IMG/VR virus record: IMGVR_UViG_3300035696_000013
Span: 32,001 to 96,000 of that record
From: a virus
Direction: 5' to 3' (one strand)
DNA length: 64,000 nt
Within the stretch, counting starts at the first letter, position 1, and every line of letters begins with the position of its first letter. A program made the translations under genes and the position numbers. The notes beneath the pieces are model-generated. The model did no database searches and was not told the DNA's origin. It worked only from the letters and a program-made list of their open reading frames with translations. This document shows, one piece after another, positions 47,101 through 56,700 of the stretch.

Positions 47101-47783
47101 GTTACATACTTTCCCGACAAAAATGCGGAAATTGCAGTGCCGAGTGGAATTCTGCAGTCGGAGTTGTAGGCACCACTCAAATTGCTGCTGCTCCTACAAA
47201 ATGTCCTCATTGTGGGTCGACAAATTTTACTAAGATTTCCGATAGTTGGGAAATGCTTCCTTCTATAGGAACTATGCTTGATCCTATTAAATTTGATTTC
47301 CCCCAAAAGCAAGCGCAAGATTTTCTTCCTCAAGAGCAATTTAGACACATTCAAATTGATTATCCCAATAATATCGCTTCGATTCCAATCGTAGGCAAAT
47401 TGATCTACCTTGCTTCTCCCTATACGCATGAAAACATGGATATTCGTGTTGAACGTTTTAACCAAGTTTTAGATTGTTGCGGTTGGTTCATGAATCACTC
47501 CAAGAATGAGTTCTTCTATTCTCCTATTGCTCACACTCATCCTATCGCTATGCGTTGTACTCTACCGGGTGAATGGCAATTCTGGTCTGACTTTGACGAA
47601 TGCATCCTTTCTCGTTGTAATGAAATCTGGATTCTTACTCTACCTGGATTTTCTAAATCAACCGGGGTTAAAGCAGAACGTAAAATTGCTGAGAGATTCG
47701 GTCTTCCTGTTCGTTTTATCATAAAGAATACAGATGGCAGTTACACAGTAACAGATACAGAGCCAGAAGATGTTGAAATATAA
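47097..47783 (+). CDS. Zn-ribbon fused to DUF1937/NDT-like domain
   Basis: CGNC/CPHC; IYLASPYT...YSPIAHTH...STGVKAE. Confidence 0.75.
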   Translation: MSYILSRQKCGNCSAEWNSAVGVVGTTQIAAAPTKCPHCGSTNFTKISDSWEMLPSIGTMLDPIKFDFPQKQAQDFLPQEQFRHIQIDYPNNIASIPIVGKLIYLASPYTHENMDIRVERFNQVLDCCGWFMNHSKNEFFYSPIAHTHPIAMRCTLPGEWQFWSDFDECILSRCNEIWILTLPGFSKSTGVKAERKIAERFGLPVRFIIKNTDGSYTVTDTEPEDVEI

Positions 47784-48789
47784 ATCTGTACTTCTCCCTA
47801 CAGAGAAGATTAACTTTGTGTATTCCACCGATTGGCACTTTAGTGATCGTCCGCCTGGTCGTCGTCGAGATAATTACAAGACAGCTATCTTAGAGAAAAT
47901 CCATTTCATTCGCAGTATTGCTCAGCAGTATGAAGCCGTAGGTCTTTGCGGTGGTGACGTATTTCACTTAAAGAATCCAAAGCATCCCGCTAATAGTCTG
48001 AGTCTGGTTGTCGATATACTACATGCGCTTCGTCAATTTCCTCTATTCACAGTCTTTGGTTCGATAGGTAATCACGATCTATCGTTCGATCGTATGGAAT
48101 CATTGTCTAATCAACCCTTGGGTTTACTTATTGCCACAGGTGTGTATCATGATTTAAACACTGAACCAGTTTTATTCTTCAACAAAGACAGATCTTTCAG
48201 TGTGCTGGTAGAAACCTTCCCCTACGAGAATAATGGGGCCAATACACTAAAACGCATCCTAGAAGCACCCGTTCGTCCTGCAGAAGCAACTTATCGTATT
48301 GGTATTGTTCATCAATATGGGGCACCAGGAAATCGTGGTGATATGTGGGGAACACCCATTATTGGTTACAATGAAGTTCAAAACTGCGATTATGATATAC
48401 TCCTCTGGGGCCATGACCATTCTCGTAAAGAAACAGTAACCGTAGGTAATACAACACATGTCAACCTGGGAAGTCTAGCACGAGCCGCGCTCCCCACAGA
48501 TGAAGATGGACATCCGGTAGTAGCAACTTTGCTTTCTTTTACTAAAGAAGGAGCCTATCGTCCCCATGAGATACCCATTCCTATTCGTCCTTTAGAAACA
48601 GTATTTGCCGCAGCTGATAAAGGAATGGACAATGTGGGTAATTCTGAAGAAGTTTCGGATTTCTTTCAAAATATGGATACTTCTATAGAGAAAATGGATT
48701 CGGTAGATCCTCGCGAAGTTCTTAAGCTTCTATGCAGTGAAGACCCCGAAACATTGAATTTTACATTGGAATTGTGTAATTTTTCGTAG
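47770..48789 (+). CDS. SbcD/Mre11-like nuclease
   Basis: TDWH, GGDVF, GNHD, GHDH, NLGS. Confidence 0.85.
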   Translation: MLKYKSVLLPTEKINFVYSTDWHFSDRPPGRRRDNYKTAILEKIHFIRSIAQQYEAVGLCGGDVFHLKNPKHPANSLSLVVDILHALRQFPLFTVFGSIGNHDLSFDRMESLSNQPLGLLIATGVYHDLNTEPVLFFNKDRSFSVLVETFPYENNGANTLKRILEAPVRPAEATYRIGIVHQYGAPGNRGDMWGTPIIGYNEVQNCDYDILLWGHDHSRKETVTVGNTTHVNLGSLARAALPTDEDGHPVVATLLSFTKEGAYRPHEIPIPIRPLETVFAAADKGMDNVGNSEEVSDFFQNMDTSIEKMDSVDPREVLKLLCSEDPETLNFTLELCNFS

Positions 48790-48960
48790 CTCTTATTCCG
48801 ACAACAATCGTAGTTTAGAAATACGAGTGGGACTCTGGCCCAAAGAGAGTCGTGGAATATCCACACTCAGGGATGGCCAAATAGGCTGTCTAATAAAACG
48901 GAGAGTGATCCCAGCTGTTTAAGTAAAACTTTTGACAGTTGGGATCTACGAGGATGAAAA

Positions 48961-49575
48961 ATGGCTAATATCAATAAGGGAACGCCGATGATTTGGTTTT
49001 CGGCTGATAAGCACCTGTTCCATGAATTTATGCTTCGGGGTGTGCCTCCAAAGAACCCGCCTGTTCGACCAATGTTCTCTACCGTCGAAGAGATGAACGA
49101 AACCATTGTCGCTCGCCACAATGAAGTTGTAAAGAAGGGTGATTTGGTGTATGAATTGGGCGACATGTTTCTTAAGTGCGATGTTGAAGCGGCTCGGCAA
49201 ATGAAGCGTCGGATGACTGGCAATTTCTATTACATCTTGGGAAACCACGAAGCTGTTACCGAAAATCTTACCGAAGAATTTGTTTGGATGCGCAATTTGG
49301 AACGTATCCGTCCACGTGCCTTTGCTGCTCCTCACATTACTTTGTGCCATTATGCTATGCGAACTTGGAATGGTTCGCACAAGGGAACTTGGCAATTGTA
49401 TGGTCATTCGCATGGTCAATTGCCCGAACGTCCCGAACTTTTGTCATTTGATGTTGGGGTAGATTGCTGGAACTTTTACCCGATTTCTATCGAACAAGTA
49501 ATAAAGAAGATGACGGCTAAGATTCCTGCTTGGGAAGCTTGGAAGCAGCGAGTGGGTAGGTATGTAGGGATCTAG
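48961..49575 (+). CDS. Calcineurin-like phosphoesterase
   Basis: ADKH, LGD, GNHE, CHY, GHSH, DVGVD. Confidence 0.88.
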   Translation: MANINKGTPMIWFSADKHLFHEFMLRGVPPKNPPVRPMFSTVEEMNETIVARHNEVVKKGDLVYELGDMFLKCDVEAARQMKRRMTGNFYYILGNHEAVTENLTEEFVWMRNLERIRPRAFAAPHITLCHYAMRTWNGSHKGTWQLYGHSHGQLPERPELLSFDVGVDCWNFYPISIEQVIKKMTAKIPAWEAWKQRVGRYVGI

Positions 49576-49584
49576 GGAGAAAGT

Positions 49585-50121
49585 ATGGATATGAAAGGTC
49601 ATGGAGAGTTTTGTTACTATTGTCACAAACGTTGCAACTCATTAGCAGGAAATCCAGGTGAATGGCCTATTCCGCTTTGTCATGCTGATGATCCTGGTCG
49701 AGTAAAATGGCATCATATTGAATGTGTTAGTATGCGTCTTAGAGGTTACGCTCGACTGGATAGTTTGTATCATAAGATGAAACACGATACATTTGGTGAT
49801 GAACTATTAGGCACTTTACATAATAATACTGATTGTGCAAAGTGTGAATTAGCTGAAATTCTAGGATACTCTTCCTATCTACCTTCCAAGTCAAAAAATT
49901 CAGTAGTAAAAACAGAAAGGAGATCTTGGTCAAAATTCGAATGGTCTGAATTCCTGACAGGATTAGGTTTATTGACATGGATTGTTGCAACCTCTCATGA
50001 AAAACTTCAATTATTCCTCGGTTGTTTCGCAGTATTAATAATGGGAGAAGCCTTTTTTCACGAAGTATTCCGAAGAAAACTCAAGGGTGGTTCTGATGAA
50101 CGAAATGTTGGGGATGTATAA
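49585..50121 (+). CDS. Hypothetical protein (Cys-rich, C-terminal TM)
   Basis: RBS; 178 aa. Confidence 0.6.
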   Translation: MDMKGHGEFCYYCHKRCNSLAGNPGEWPIPLCHADDPGRVKWHHIECVSMRLRGYARLDSLYHKMKHDTFGDELLGTLHNNTDCAKCELAEILGYSSYLPSKSKNSVVKTERRSWSKFEWSEFLTGLGLLTWIVATSHEKLQLFLGCFAVLIMGEAFFHEVFRRKLKGGSDERNVGDV

Positions 50122-51256
50122 GCAAGTTGCTGAGCTATTTTGTGAACGAATTAACAAAATTTTTGAATCCGAACAAACATTAGAAGCCGAATTCAAACGT
50201 AATTTTGAAAACCTTCCTTTCTCTCGTACAGATCACTGGCAAGCAATTTTGTATCGTGTCTTTAGAGATTGCTGGATGGAAAAGGGGCCAGCAGTTAAAG
50301 CCGAACCTACTGGCTATGATCGTCTAGCTGTACTTAAACAACTTTGTCCTATGCTGGACTACAATTTGTTCTCACAAGTGTTGTTGAATCTTCAGACTTA
50401 CAATGGTTTAGCCTATCAAACTGCTGATGCTGAAAAAGAGATTGAACATTTAAAATCAGCTTGGGCCGAGAAACAGTATAAACTTGATCCTTTTGCTCCT
50501 AAAGTGAAAATGCTCAAGATTGCAGCAACAGCAGAAGAGCAAGAATTCAATACAGTTCTAAGCGCCATCCGTTCTCTCAGAATCATAGCTAACTTTACAC
50601 CTATGATTAGTTTTCGAGTGTCGCCAAAAGGTTCAACTCCTGCCTTTGCCGACAGCAATAATGTCAGTATGCTAGGAATGGGAGCAGATAAATATCTAAA
50701 ATTGCTGTCTTCGTTGGAAGCTTACTACTTAATCTGGGAACCGGGTAGATTTATATCGGCTCAGCAGATGGGAGATGCAACTCCTGAGGGAATCAGATTC
50801 TTTGCACAGGGCATTCCTTATCCGTTTGTTTCTAAGTCTGGTGGGGAAATTCTTCAGGAAGTGTTGTTTGCTCGAAACTTGATGTATACAATCTTTAGAG
50901 CAATTGATGTCACTAGTACAAATCTTATCCTTTTGCCGAGAATGAATTCTCTCTTAGTTGTAACGGATAAATCCAATGTAACAGTTAAACAATTACTCAA
51001 GAATTTGGAAGAGTATTACCCAACGTTGAAAGTTCAAATAGGAAGCCGGATTCGTTCAGTAGAACAAGAGCATCCAATCTCTCGAGTTCCCGATCCTCCG
51101 GTATGGGCTATGAATGCAGCAAAGCAGATTTTTGGGCAACTTCCTCTTTCTCAATTTGACGGAACAAAGGATATGTTGGATCCTATTTCTGCTGCAAGAA
51201 TAATTGAAAAAGAATGGGAAATTTTTTACGCAGAAAGAATTTCTGTCGAGCATTGA
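50096..51256 (+). CDS. Hypothetical protein
   Basis: ~386 aa ORF. Confidence 0.65.
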   Translation: MNEMLGMYKQVAELFCERINKIFESEQTLEAEFKRNFENLPFSRTDHWQAILYRVFRDCWMEKGPAVKAEPTGYDRLAVLKQLCPMLDYNLFSQVLLNLQTYNGLAYQTADAEKEIEHLKSAWAEKQYKLDPFAPKVKMLKIAATAEEQEFNTVLSAIRSLRIIANFTPMISFRVSPKGSTPAFADSNNVSMLGMGADKYLKLLSSLEAYYLIWEPGRFISAQQMGDATPEGIRFFAQGIPYPFVSKSGGEILQEVLFARNLMYTIFRAIDVTSTNLILLPRMNSLLVVTDKSNVTVKQLLKNLEEYYPTLKVQIGSRIRSVEQEHPISRVPDPPVWAMNAAKQIFGQLPLSQFDGTKDMLDPISAARIIEKEWEIFYAERISVEH

Positions 51257-51260
51257 TTTT

Positions 51261-51494
51261 ATGAATTTTATTGACATTCTTAGCTGGACAGGTAATGTAT
51301 TTATCTGTTTAGGTCTTTGGTACATCGGGACTAAAAAGTGGTGGGCATTCTTGTTCTCTATTATAGGCGAAGCAGTTTGGTTCGTTTATGCTATTGAAAT
51401 TCGCATGTGGTCTTTAGCTTTCATAACAGCAGTGTTTGCGGGTTTAGCGGTTCGTAATCTGTATCTTTGGAGGAAAAATGGCAGGTTCGTATAA
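51261..51494 (+). CDS. Small PnuC-like membrane protein
   Basis: Three TM segments, Trp-rich, C-terminal LYLWRK. Confidence 0.55.
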   Translation: MNFIDILSWTGNVFICLGLWYIGTKKWWAFLFSIIGEAVWFVYAIEIRMWSLAFITAVFAGLAVRNLYLWRKNGRFV

Positions 51495-51837
51495 ACATTG
51501 CATTACGCCTGAGGGAAAATTCAGAAGCGAAGATTTCACTGATATGATAGAAAATCTCAGCGATGCTTATGAAGCATGCGAAGAAATGGTTTTCATGATT
51601 GATTTTCTCGCTGATGGTGATAGCTGTCGCATAGAGAATGCATTAGAAGCTTTTTATGCTTCTAAACAAAAAGAAATTGAAATGAAAAATGACTCAGAAT
51701 TTGGTACAATAATTGGAGACGTACATGGTGGTCAAATCATTTTAACCGAAACAGGTCAAAAGGTCTACCTCTCAATGGCTTTTAATCCCCTCACTGCTCA
51801 GCAACTGAAGGAAATTAAGGAACAAATGGATGCTTAA
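51478..51837 (+). CDS. Hypothetical protein
   Basis: GGAGG RBS. Confidence 0.6.
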   Translation: MAGSYKHCITPEGKFRSEDFTDMIENLSDAYEACEEMVFMIDFLADGDSCRIENALEAFYASKQKEIEMKNDSEFGTIIGDVHGGQIILTETGQKVYLSMAFNPLTAQQLKEIKEQMDA

Positions 51838-52047
51838 GGATTCTTAGAAGTAAATGATAATAACAACTGTTAAACTCTATCCCGAACTTTTGATGTGGCC
51901 AGATGATTCATTTACATTAGAATCCATTTGCCCTAAAGATTTTACAGAAACACCGAAAACACCAATTTTTCGTGGTTTTCCATATATTGGACCTGAAGTT
52001 GATTATAGAACAGTACAATGCAATCTTTAAAATCAATCGCTAACGAA

Positions 52048-52077
52048 TACCTGATTTTTCGCTGTCTGCCGTATTAT
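52048..52077 (+). promoter_or_regulatory. Bipartite promoter upstream of tRNA cluster 2
   Basis: TACCTGA-N16-GTATTAT. Confidence 0.7.
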
Positions 52078-52083
52078 ACGAAC

Positions 52084-52155
52084 ATGAACACGAATCTAAA
52101 TTCGCACTTGTATACGCTGCTTAATGGCAGCTGCGGCGAGATGTTGCTGGCCTAA
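52084..52155 (+). CDS. Putative leaderless leader peptide (23 aa)
   Basis: ATG 6 nt after -10 box; followed by TAGCAACCGAT and a terminator. Confidence 0.4.
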   Translation: MNTNLNSHLYTLLNGSCGEMLLA

Positions 52156-52179
52156 AAACACTAGCAACCGATCGCAAGC

Positions 52180-52209
52180 AGCCGCCCGATGTGGCGGCTT
52201 TTTTATTTT
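52180..52209 (+). terminator. Intrinsic terminator/attenuator
   Basis: AGCCGCC-loop-GGCGGCT plus T tract, immediately before tRNA-Tyr. Confidence 0.85.
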
Positions 52210-52211
52210 AT

Positions 52212-52299
52212 GGAGTGGAAGTCACAATGGTGTGACAGGAGGCTGTAACCCTCCCGCCCCTTGTGGGCACGATAGGTTCGATCCCTATCCACTCCACCA
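52212..52299 (+). tRNA. tRNA-Tyr(GTA)
   Basis: Type II cloverleaf, CCA. Confidence 0.88.
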
Positions 52300-52362
52300 A
52301 GCTACAACGGTCCCGGTAGTCCTCTTCGGGCAACTGTGCGGGAATGGGAAAACCGCAACTAT

Positions 52363-52451
52363 GCCAGAGTGGTGGAATTGGTAGACACACTACGCTCAGA
52401 ACGTAGCGGCAATTAACAGCCGTGCGGGTTCGAATCCTGTCTCTGGTACCA
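52363..52451 (+). tRNA. tRNA-Leu(CAG)
   Basis: Type II cloverleaf, CCA. Confidence 0.93.
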
Positions 52452-52509
52452 AGTTTGATATATAAGGACATATATCTGTAGTAAAATGATATAATGTCGT
52501 ATATACAGA

Positions 52510-52595
52510 GCGCCTGTGGTGAAACGGCATACACGCTAGCTTGAGGTGCTAGTGATCGCAAGATCGTGGAGGTTCGACTCCTCTCAGGCGCACCA
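52510..52595 (+). tRNA. tRNA-Leu(GAG)
   Basis: Type II cloverleaf, CCA. Confidence 0.93.
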
Positions 52596-52615
52596 AAATC
52601 CTAGTATTAATCTGT

Positions 52616-53107
52616 ATGGATAAGAAATCCAAACAGTTAGGCATGAATTTTAGCACAGCATCTGCAAGATTAGATCGTATGATATTATTCATGCTGGTGA
52701 AAGAGTGCAATCGTGATACATGTTATCGTTGTAATAAGAAAATTGAACGATACCAGGATCTAAGTACGGAGCACAAAGAACCTTGGCAGGACATTGATTC
52801 AGCTTTGTTTTGGGATTTGGATAACATTTCATTTTCACATCGTAGCTGCAATGCTGCAGCTGGAGCACGAGGCAGGTTGCCTGGAAATGAAAAAGCCTCT
52901 AAAGCTCCTTTTGGGACCGTATGGTGTTCGGGGCATAAAGATTATTTGCCTAAAGAAAATTTTCATCGGGAAGCTCGTAATAAAAGTGGTTTTTCAAGCT
53001 TGTGCAAAAAATGCTATAAAGAACGAGAATATCCTGGTAGTTATGGCCGAGTGGCGAAATTGGTAGACGCGCATGGCTTAGAACCATGTGAGCTTGATCA
53101 CTCGTAG
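52616..53107 (+). CDS. HNH-family homing endonuclease
   Basis: CYRC...EHKEP...NISFSHRSCN; C-terminal Zn finger. Confidence 0.75.
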   Translation: MDKKSKQLGMNFSTASARLDRMILFMLVKECNRDTCYRCNKKIERYQDLSTEHKEPWQDIDSALFWDLDNISFSHRSCNAAAGARGRLPGNEKASKAPFGTVWCSGHKDYLPKENFHREARNKSGFSSLCKKCYKEREYPGSYGRVAKLVDAHGLEPCELDHS

Positions 53108-53133
53108 GGGTTCGAATCCCTTCTCGGCCTCCA
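53045..53133 (+). tRNA. tRNA-Leu(TAG), U73
   Basis: Type II cloverleaf, CCA. Confidence 0.9.
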
Positions 53134-53139
53134 AAGATT

Positions 53140-53226
53140 GGCCGAGTGGTGGAACTGGTAGACGCGGTAGCCTCAAAAGCTACTTCTCGCAAGAGAGTGG
53201 GGGTTCGACTCCCTCCTCGGTCACCA
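53140..53226 (+). tRNA. tRNA-Leu(CAA)
   Basis: Type II cloverleaf, CCA. Confidence 0.93.
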
Positions 53227-53280
53227 AATTATCTTACCTATCCCGTTGTTATCCTCCGTAGATTAAACATGGAGGATTAG

Positions 53281-53685
53281 ATGCTGTACTTCTCAAACAA
53301 GTGGGACATACTTGACATGGAAGACCTCGCAGGAGGTCTCCAAATAGTCAGTCAGGGTCGTAGTAATCCTCCTATTGTCTTAGTTTACGTCTTCAATAAA
53401 GAAAAACAAATCTATTTTTACGAGATCTTTCGATGCCCGGTTACTCTAATGGGATTGGCCGAAGATCCCGATGCAATCATGGAAGCCAAATCAGAACAGG
53501 AAGCAATTGATATCCTGAACGGCACCAGTGATGTCGCTGCGGCTGATATACTGATTGACCTTTCTGAAGGTCGTCCAGCTGGAGGCAGCAAGACCAAGCT
53601 ACTCTTTAAGGGCACTCATCCCGCTACAAAGACAGCCGAATGGGTTCAAGCTTATTTGCAATCCATTGTCCCAGAAGTTTTATAG
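53281..53685 (+). CDS. Hypothetical protein
   Basis: Promoter motif and GGAGG RBS. Confidence 0.65.
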   Translation: MLYFSNKWDILDMEDLAGGLQIVSQGRSNPPIVLVYVFNKEKQIYFYEIFRCPVTLMGLAEDPDAIMEAKSEQEAIDILNGTSDVAAADILIDLSEGRPAGGSKTKLLFKGTHPATKTAEWVQAYLQSIVPEVL

Positions 53686-53695
53686 GGAAAAGAAT

Positions 53696-54073
53696 ATGAC
53701 CATCCTCGTTATCGACGATGAAGAAGATGTTTTGAAGGCTACGACTCGATATTTGAAAGATGCAGGATTTGATGTTTACGGTTCTCTAGGGGGAGAGAAA
53801 GGTGTTGAGGATTATCGTGAATTAGTACCTTTTAACAAGCGATTTGATTGTGTCATAACTGATTACAACATGTACGATATGGATGGTGTACATGTTGCTC
53901 TAGCTATTCGGAAAATTGAACCGAAACAAAAGATTATTATTTTCACAAATAGCTCAACTTTGGCTCAAACCTTTCACATTTATGGATTGAATGGTGTGAA
54001 AATAGTTGATAAAGGGAAGGGTGCTGGTACTTTGTTGACGGAGTTATGTGCTTTATTAGTGGAGTTGCAATGA
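53696..54073 (+). CDS. Stand-alone response regulator receiver (CheY-like)
   Basis: ILVIDDE, DCVITDYNM..MDG, IIIFT, K. Confidence 0.85.
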   Translation: MTILVIDDEEDVLKATTRYLKDAGFDVYGSLGGEKGVEDYRELVPFNKRFDCVITDYNMYDMDGVHVALAIRKIEPKQKIIIFTNSSTLAQTFHIYGLNGVKIVDKGKGAGTLLTELCALLVELQ

Positions 54074-54396
54074 AAATCGAATTGTGGGAAATCCTGGTCC
54101 CGGTTAGGAACAAAGATGTTCCTATCATCAAGCGTTTCCACAAGCGTTGGGATGCTAAGGTTCGAGCCATTACCGGAGGTCTTACTATTCGTCCGCCTGA
54201 AAAGGGGCAATGGCACAATTCTAAGATTGGTGCCGTAGAAGCAGAACAAATGATTCCGGTCAAGATTGCTGCTACACGAGAGCAGATGTTGCAAATTGGT
54301 CAAATGACCGCCGAATACTACAATCAAGAAGTGGTCATGTTCTACCGTATCAGTGATGAAGTCATCTTCATGCGAAAGGATGGAAGCCTGTCATGA
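54070..54396 (+). CDS. Hypothetical protein
   Basis: ATGA overlap; WEILVP...GGLTI. Confidence 0.7.
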   Translation: MKIELWEILVPVRNKDVPIIKRFHKRWDAKVRAITGGLTIRPPEKGQWHNSKIGAVEAEQMIPVKIAATREQMLQIGQMTAEYYNQEVVMFYRISDEVIFMRKDGSLS

Positions 54397-54704
54397 TGCC
54401 TCCTTGGGATATGACGAAGCACGAGCAAGCTGCGTTTGCTAGCAAGATTGCTGATGAACGTTATGCAAAAGTCATGAATTTGACTCCAAAGGCACGATTC
54501 AATTATTTAACAGCAAAAGGATGGGAACGAGTGAGCAAGTATACTGGTTCCGATTATATGTTTGTAACCTGGCGCAATCCCAGGAAAGAAAAAGGTCCTT
54601 GGGCTGTTATGAAGCAAACGCAAGCAATTCGATGCCAGATTTGGTACGACATGGAAGATGAAGGTTTGCTGATTCGAGCGAAAGAAGGATTGACAATTCT
54701 ATGA
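54393..54704 (+). CDS. Hypothetical protein
   Basis: ATGA overlap. Confidence 0.6.
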   Translation: MMPPWDMTKHEQAAFASKIADERYAKVMNLTPKARFNYLTAKGWERVSKYTGSDYMFVTWRNPRKEKGPWAVMKQTQAIRCQIWYDMEDEGLLIRAKEGLTIL

Positions 54705-54922
54705 AGTTTAAGCCGGGTCAATACTACTACACATGGTACGATAATGGCATTGGCATGACCACTGTTTTCTGCCGTGTAGTGAAAGTGACTCCGAAAATGG
54801 TCATCATTCGTGGCGAAGATTGTAAAAATACAAAGCGATGGATGCAGAGTTACTTCAAAGCTAACTATAGCCGGGTTGGCCCAAGTGATTGGCACCCGCA
54901 GATTCCGTTGGGAGAGGAGTAA
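54701..54922 (+). CDS. Hypothetical protein
   Basis: ATGA overlap. Confidence 0.6.
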   Translation: MKFKPGQYYYTWYDNGIGMTTVFCRVVKVTPKMVIIRGEDCKNTKRWMQSYFKANYSRVGPSDWHPQIPLGEE

Positions 54923-54928
54923 AATAAC

Positions 54929-55183
54929 ATGTATTTTGATCCAGGTATTATTTTTGTTCTAATCATTTTAGCTGTGCTTGTGTTCGCTTCATTTGCTGGA
55001 AGTGATCGTGACCCCGGACTTGATCGTAGTATGGATTGGCACCGTCGTAATGGGGATTATCGTGTGCAGTATCTCGATACAATTGATCCTCGAACGGGAA
55101 AATTTGCGGTTTCACAACCATTTACATACGAAGTCGCTCTGTCTTATGCTCATATGTTCAACGGGAGAGTTATCTCCAGATAG
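54929..55183 (+). CDS. Membrane-anchored hypothetical protein
   Basis: RBS; N-terminal TM. Confidence 0.6.
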   Translation: MYFDPGIIFVLIILAVLVFASFAGSDRDPGLDRSMDWHRRNGDYRVQYLDTIDPRTGKFAVSQPFTYEVALSYAHMFNGRVISR

Positions 55184-55422
55184 GCAGGTCAGTCATGGCT
55201 TTCTATGTTGATCTCTCGGATGAATGTAAGGATTTTAGCAAAGTTTGGATTTATATAGTAGCAGTGGTGGTAATCATGTTTGGGTCCGTTTGTGGTCTCA
55301 TTCTCTGGCTAATTAGCAGGTATTCTCCTCTCCTCCTTCGCCTACTCGCACAACACAAGGGATGAAAAACTTCGTTACCTGATAAGTTAACTTTTTAAGT
55401 AGTATGCAAGTGAGGAGTTACA

Positions 55423-56004
55423 ATGAAAAAGTTGTCTACCTTGGCTTTGCTGATTTTATTTTCATCTCTTTCTGTGCTCGCTCAAAATGTAAAACCACCA
55501 CTTCCTCCTAAGCAATTGTCCTTCAAGGGACCAATTAAAGTTGCTATCGGTAACGAGAATGTTGACCCGCATGTAAAGGCTCAATTTCTCAACGCGATCG
55601 GCAATTCAGAACGATATGTCTACACAACTGACGATGAAACAAAAGTCATCAATGTATTTCTAGTCTGTTCTCACCCTTTAAATGGTAAAAATGAATCAAT
55701 TGGAACAGTATGTGCTCTTACAGTTAACTACATTTCTCCTCTCTTTCGTGGAATTGCAATTTCTCTAGATATTTTTGTTCTCGCTTATCCTGATGATGTC
55801 AATGTTGGTCAAAAGGTATTCGAAAATGTGGTAGAACTAACAACAAATGAGAAATTAGACGAGGCCGAGGCTTTGGCTGAAAATGTGGCTACTATTTATT
55901 ACAATTTTGGATTGGACGATTGCAAATCACCCGCCAAGAAACCCGATACCAATCCTGAACAGGAACCCATACTTCCTCCCGACACTACTATTGCTAAGAC
56001 CTAA
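55423..56004 (+). CDS. Secreted protein
   Basis: Signal peptide MKKLSTLALLILF...VLA; promoter motif and GAGGAG. Confidence 0.7.
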   Translation: MKKLSTLALLILFSSLSVLAQNVKPPLPPKQLSFKGPIKVAIGNENVDPHVKAQFLNAIGNSERYVYTTDDETKVINVFLVCSHPLNGKNESIGTVCALTVNYISPLFRGIAISLDIFVLAYPDDVNVGQKVFENVVELTTNEKLDEAEALAENVATIYYNFGLDDCKSPAKKPDTNPEQEPILPPDTTIAKT

Positions 56005-56049
56005 TTTTCTTGTTTACCTGATTTTTCCGTTTATCCCGTATTATACAAG

Positions 56050-56283
56050 TGGAGAAAGCGGGACCAGTAGGTTCTAAATTCTTCCCCCGAAATTGGTGAC
56101 GACCTGCTTAAGGGTTGCGCAGCCCAAGTTGCCGAGGACGGGATTATAGTCCACTGTAAGAGCAGGGGTTTCTAGAGCCTTGTGGTGGACAGATAACTAA
56201 GCTAAGGTATGGAACATCAGACGCCAAATTGCGGCGTCGAGGAAGCAGGGTTAGTGAAGATGCTGACCCTGCTTTTTCTTTTA
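56050..56283 (+). ncRNA. Unknown small RNA with own promoter and terminator
   Basis: Promoter 56015-56044; AGGTTCTA/TAGAGCCT rod; terminator GCAGGGTTAG/CTGACCCTGC plus T tract; no credible ORF. Confidence 0.55.
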
Positions 56284-56621
56284 GAAAGAATTTCTTTACC
56301 TGATTTTTCAACTTTCCACGTATTATTAGAACGACAGGCCAGAATTTCCGTCCAGCAATAGAGCGCAAGCGGATATTGCACTGGATCGGCGATCAGCGGA
56401 AGAGGACCAGCCATCCTTACTGAGCCTGAGAGTAAAATATGCGATTTATGAACCCAATGATGCGACCGCCTATGTCGCTCGGGGATGGTACTGGTGGTTA
56501 ATCATGTTTTGTGGTGATGATTAGCTCCTCAATGCCCCGAGCCGGAAATGGCTGCGGGGTTCCGCCTAAGTAGTTCCCTCCTGCAGTAATTTCCTAGCTC
56601 GGTTGAAAAGTTTAGATTTCT

Positions 56622-56695
56622 CGCGGAATCTTATAACGGAAGTATACACGCGTCGGAAGCGTGAGGTGGGAGTTCGATTCTCCCTTCTGCGACCA
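56622..56695 (+). tRNA. tRNA-Pro(CGG), divergent
   Basis: C1:G72, A73, CCA; weak D stem. Confidence 0.75.
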
Positions 56696-56700
56696 AGTTT

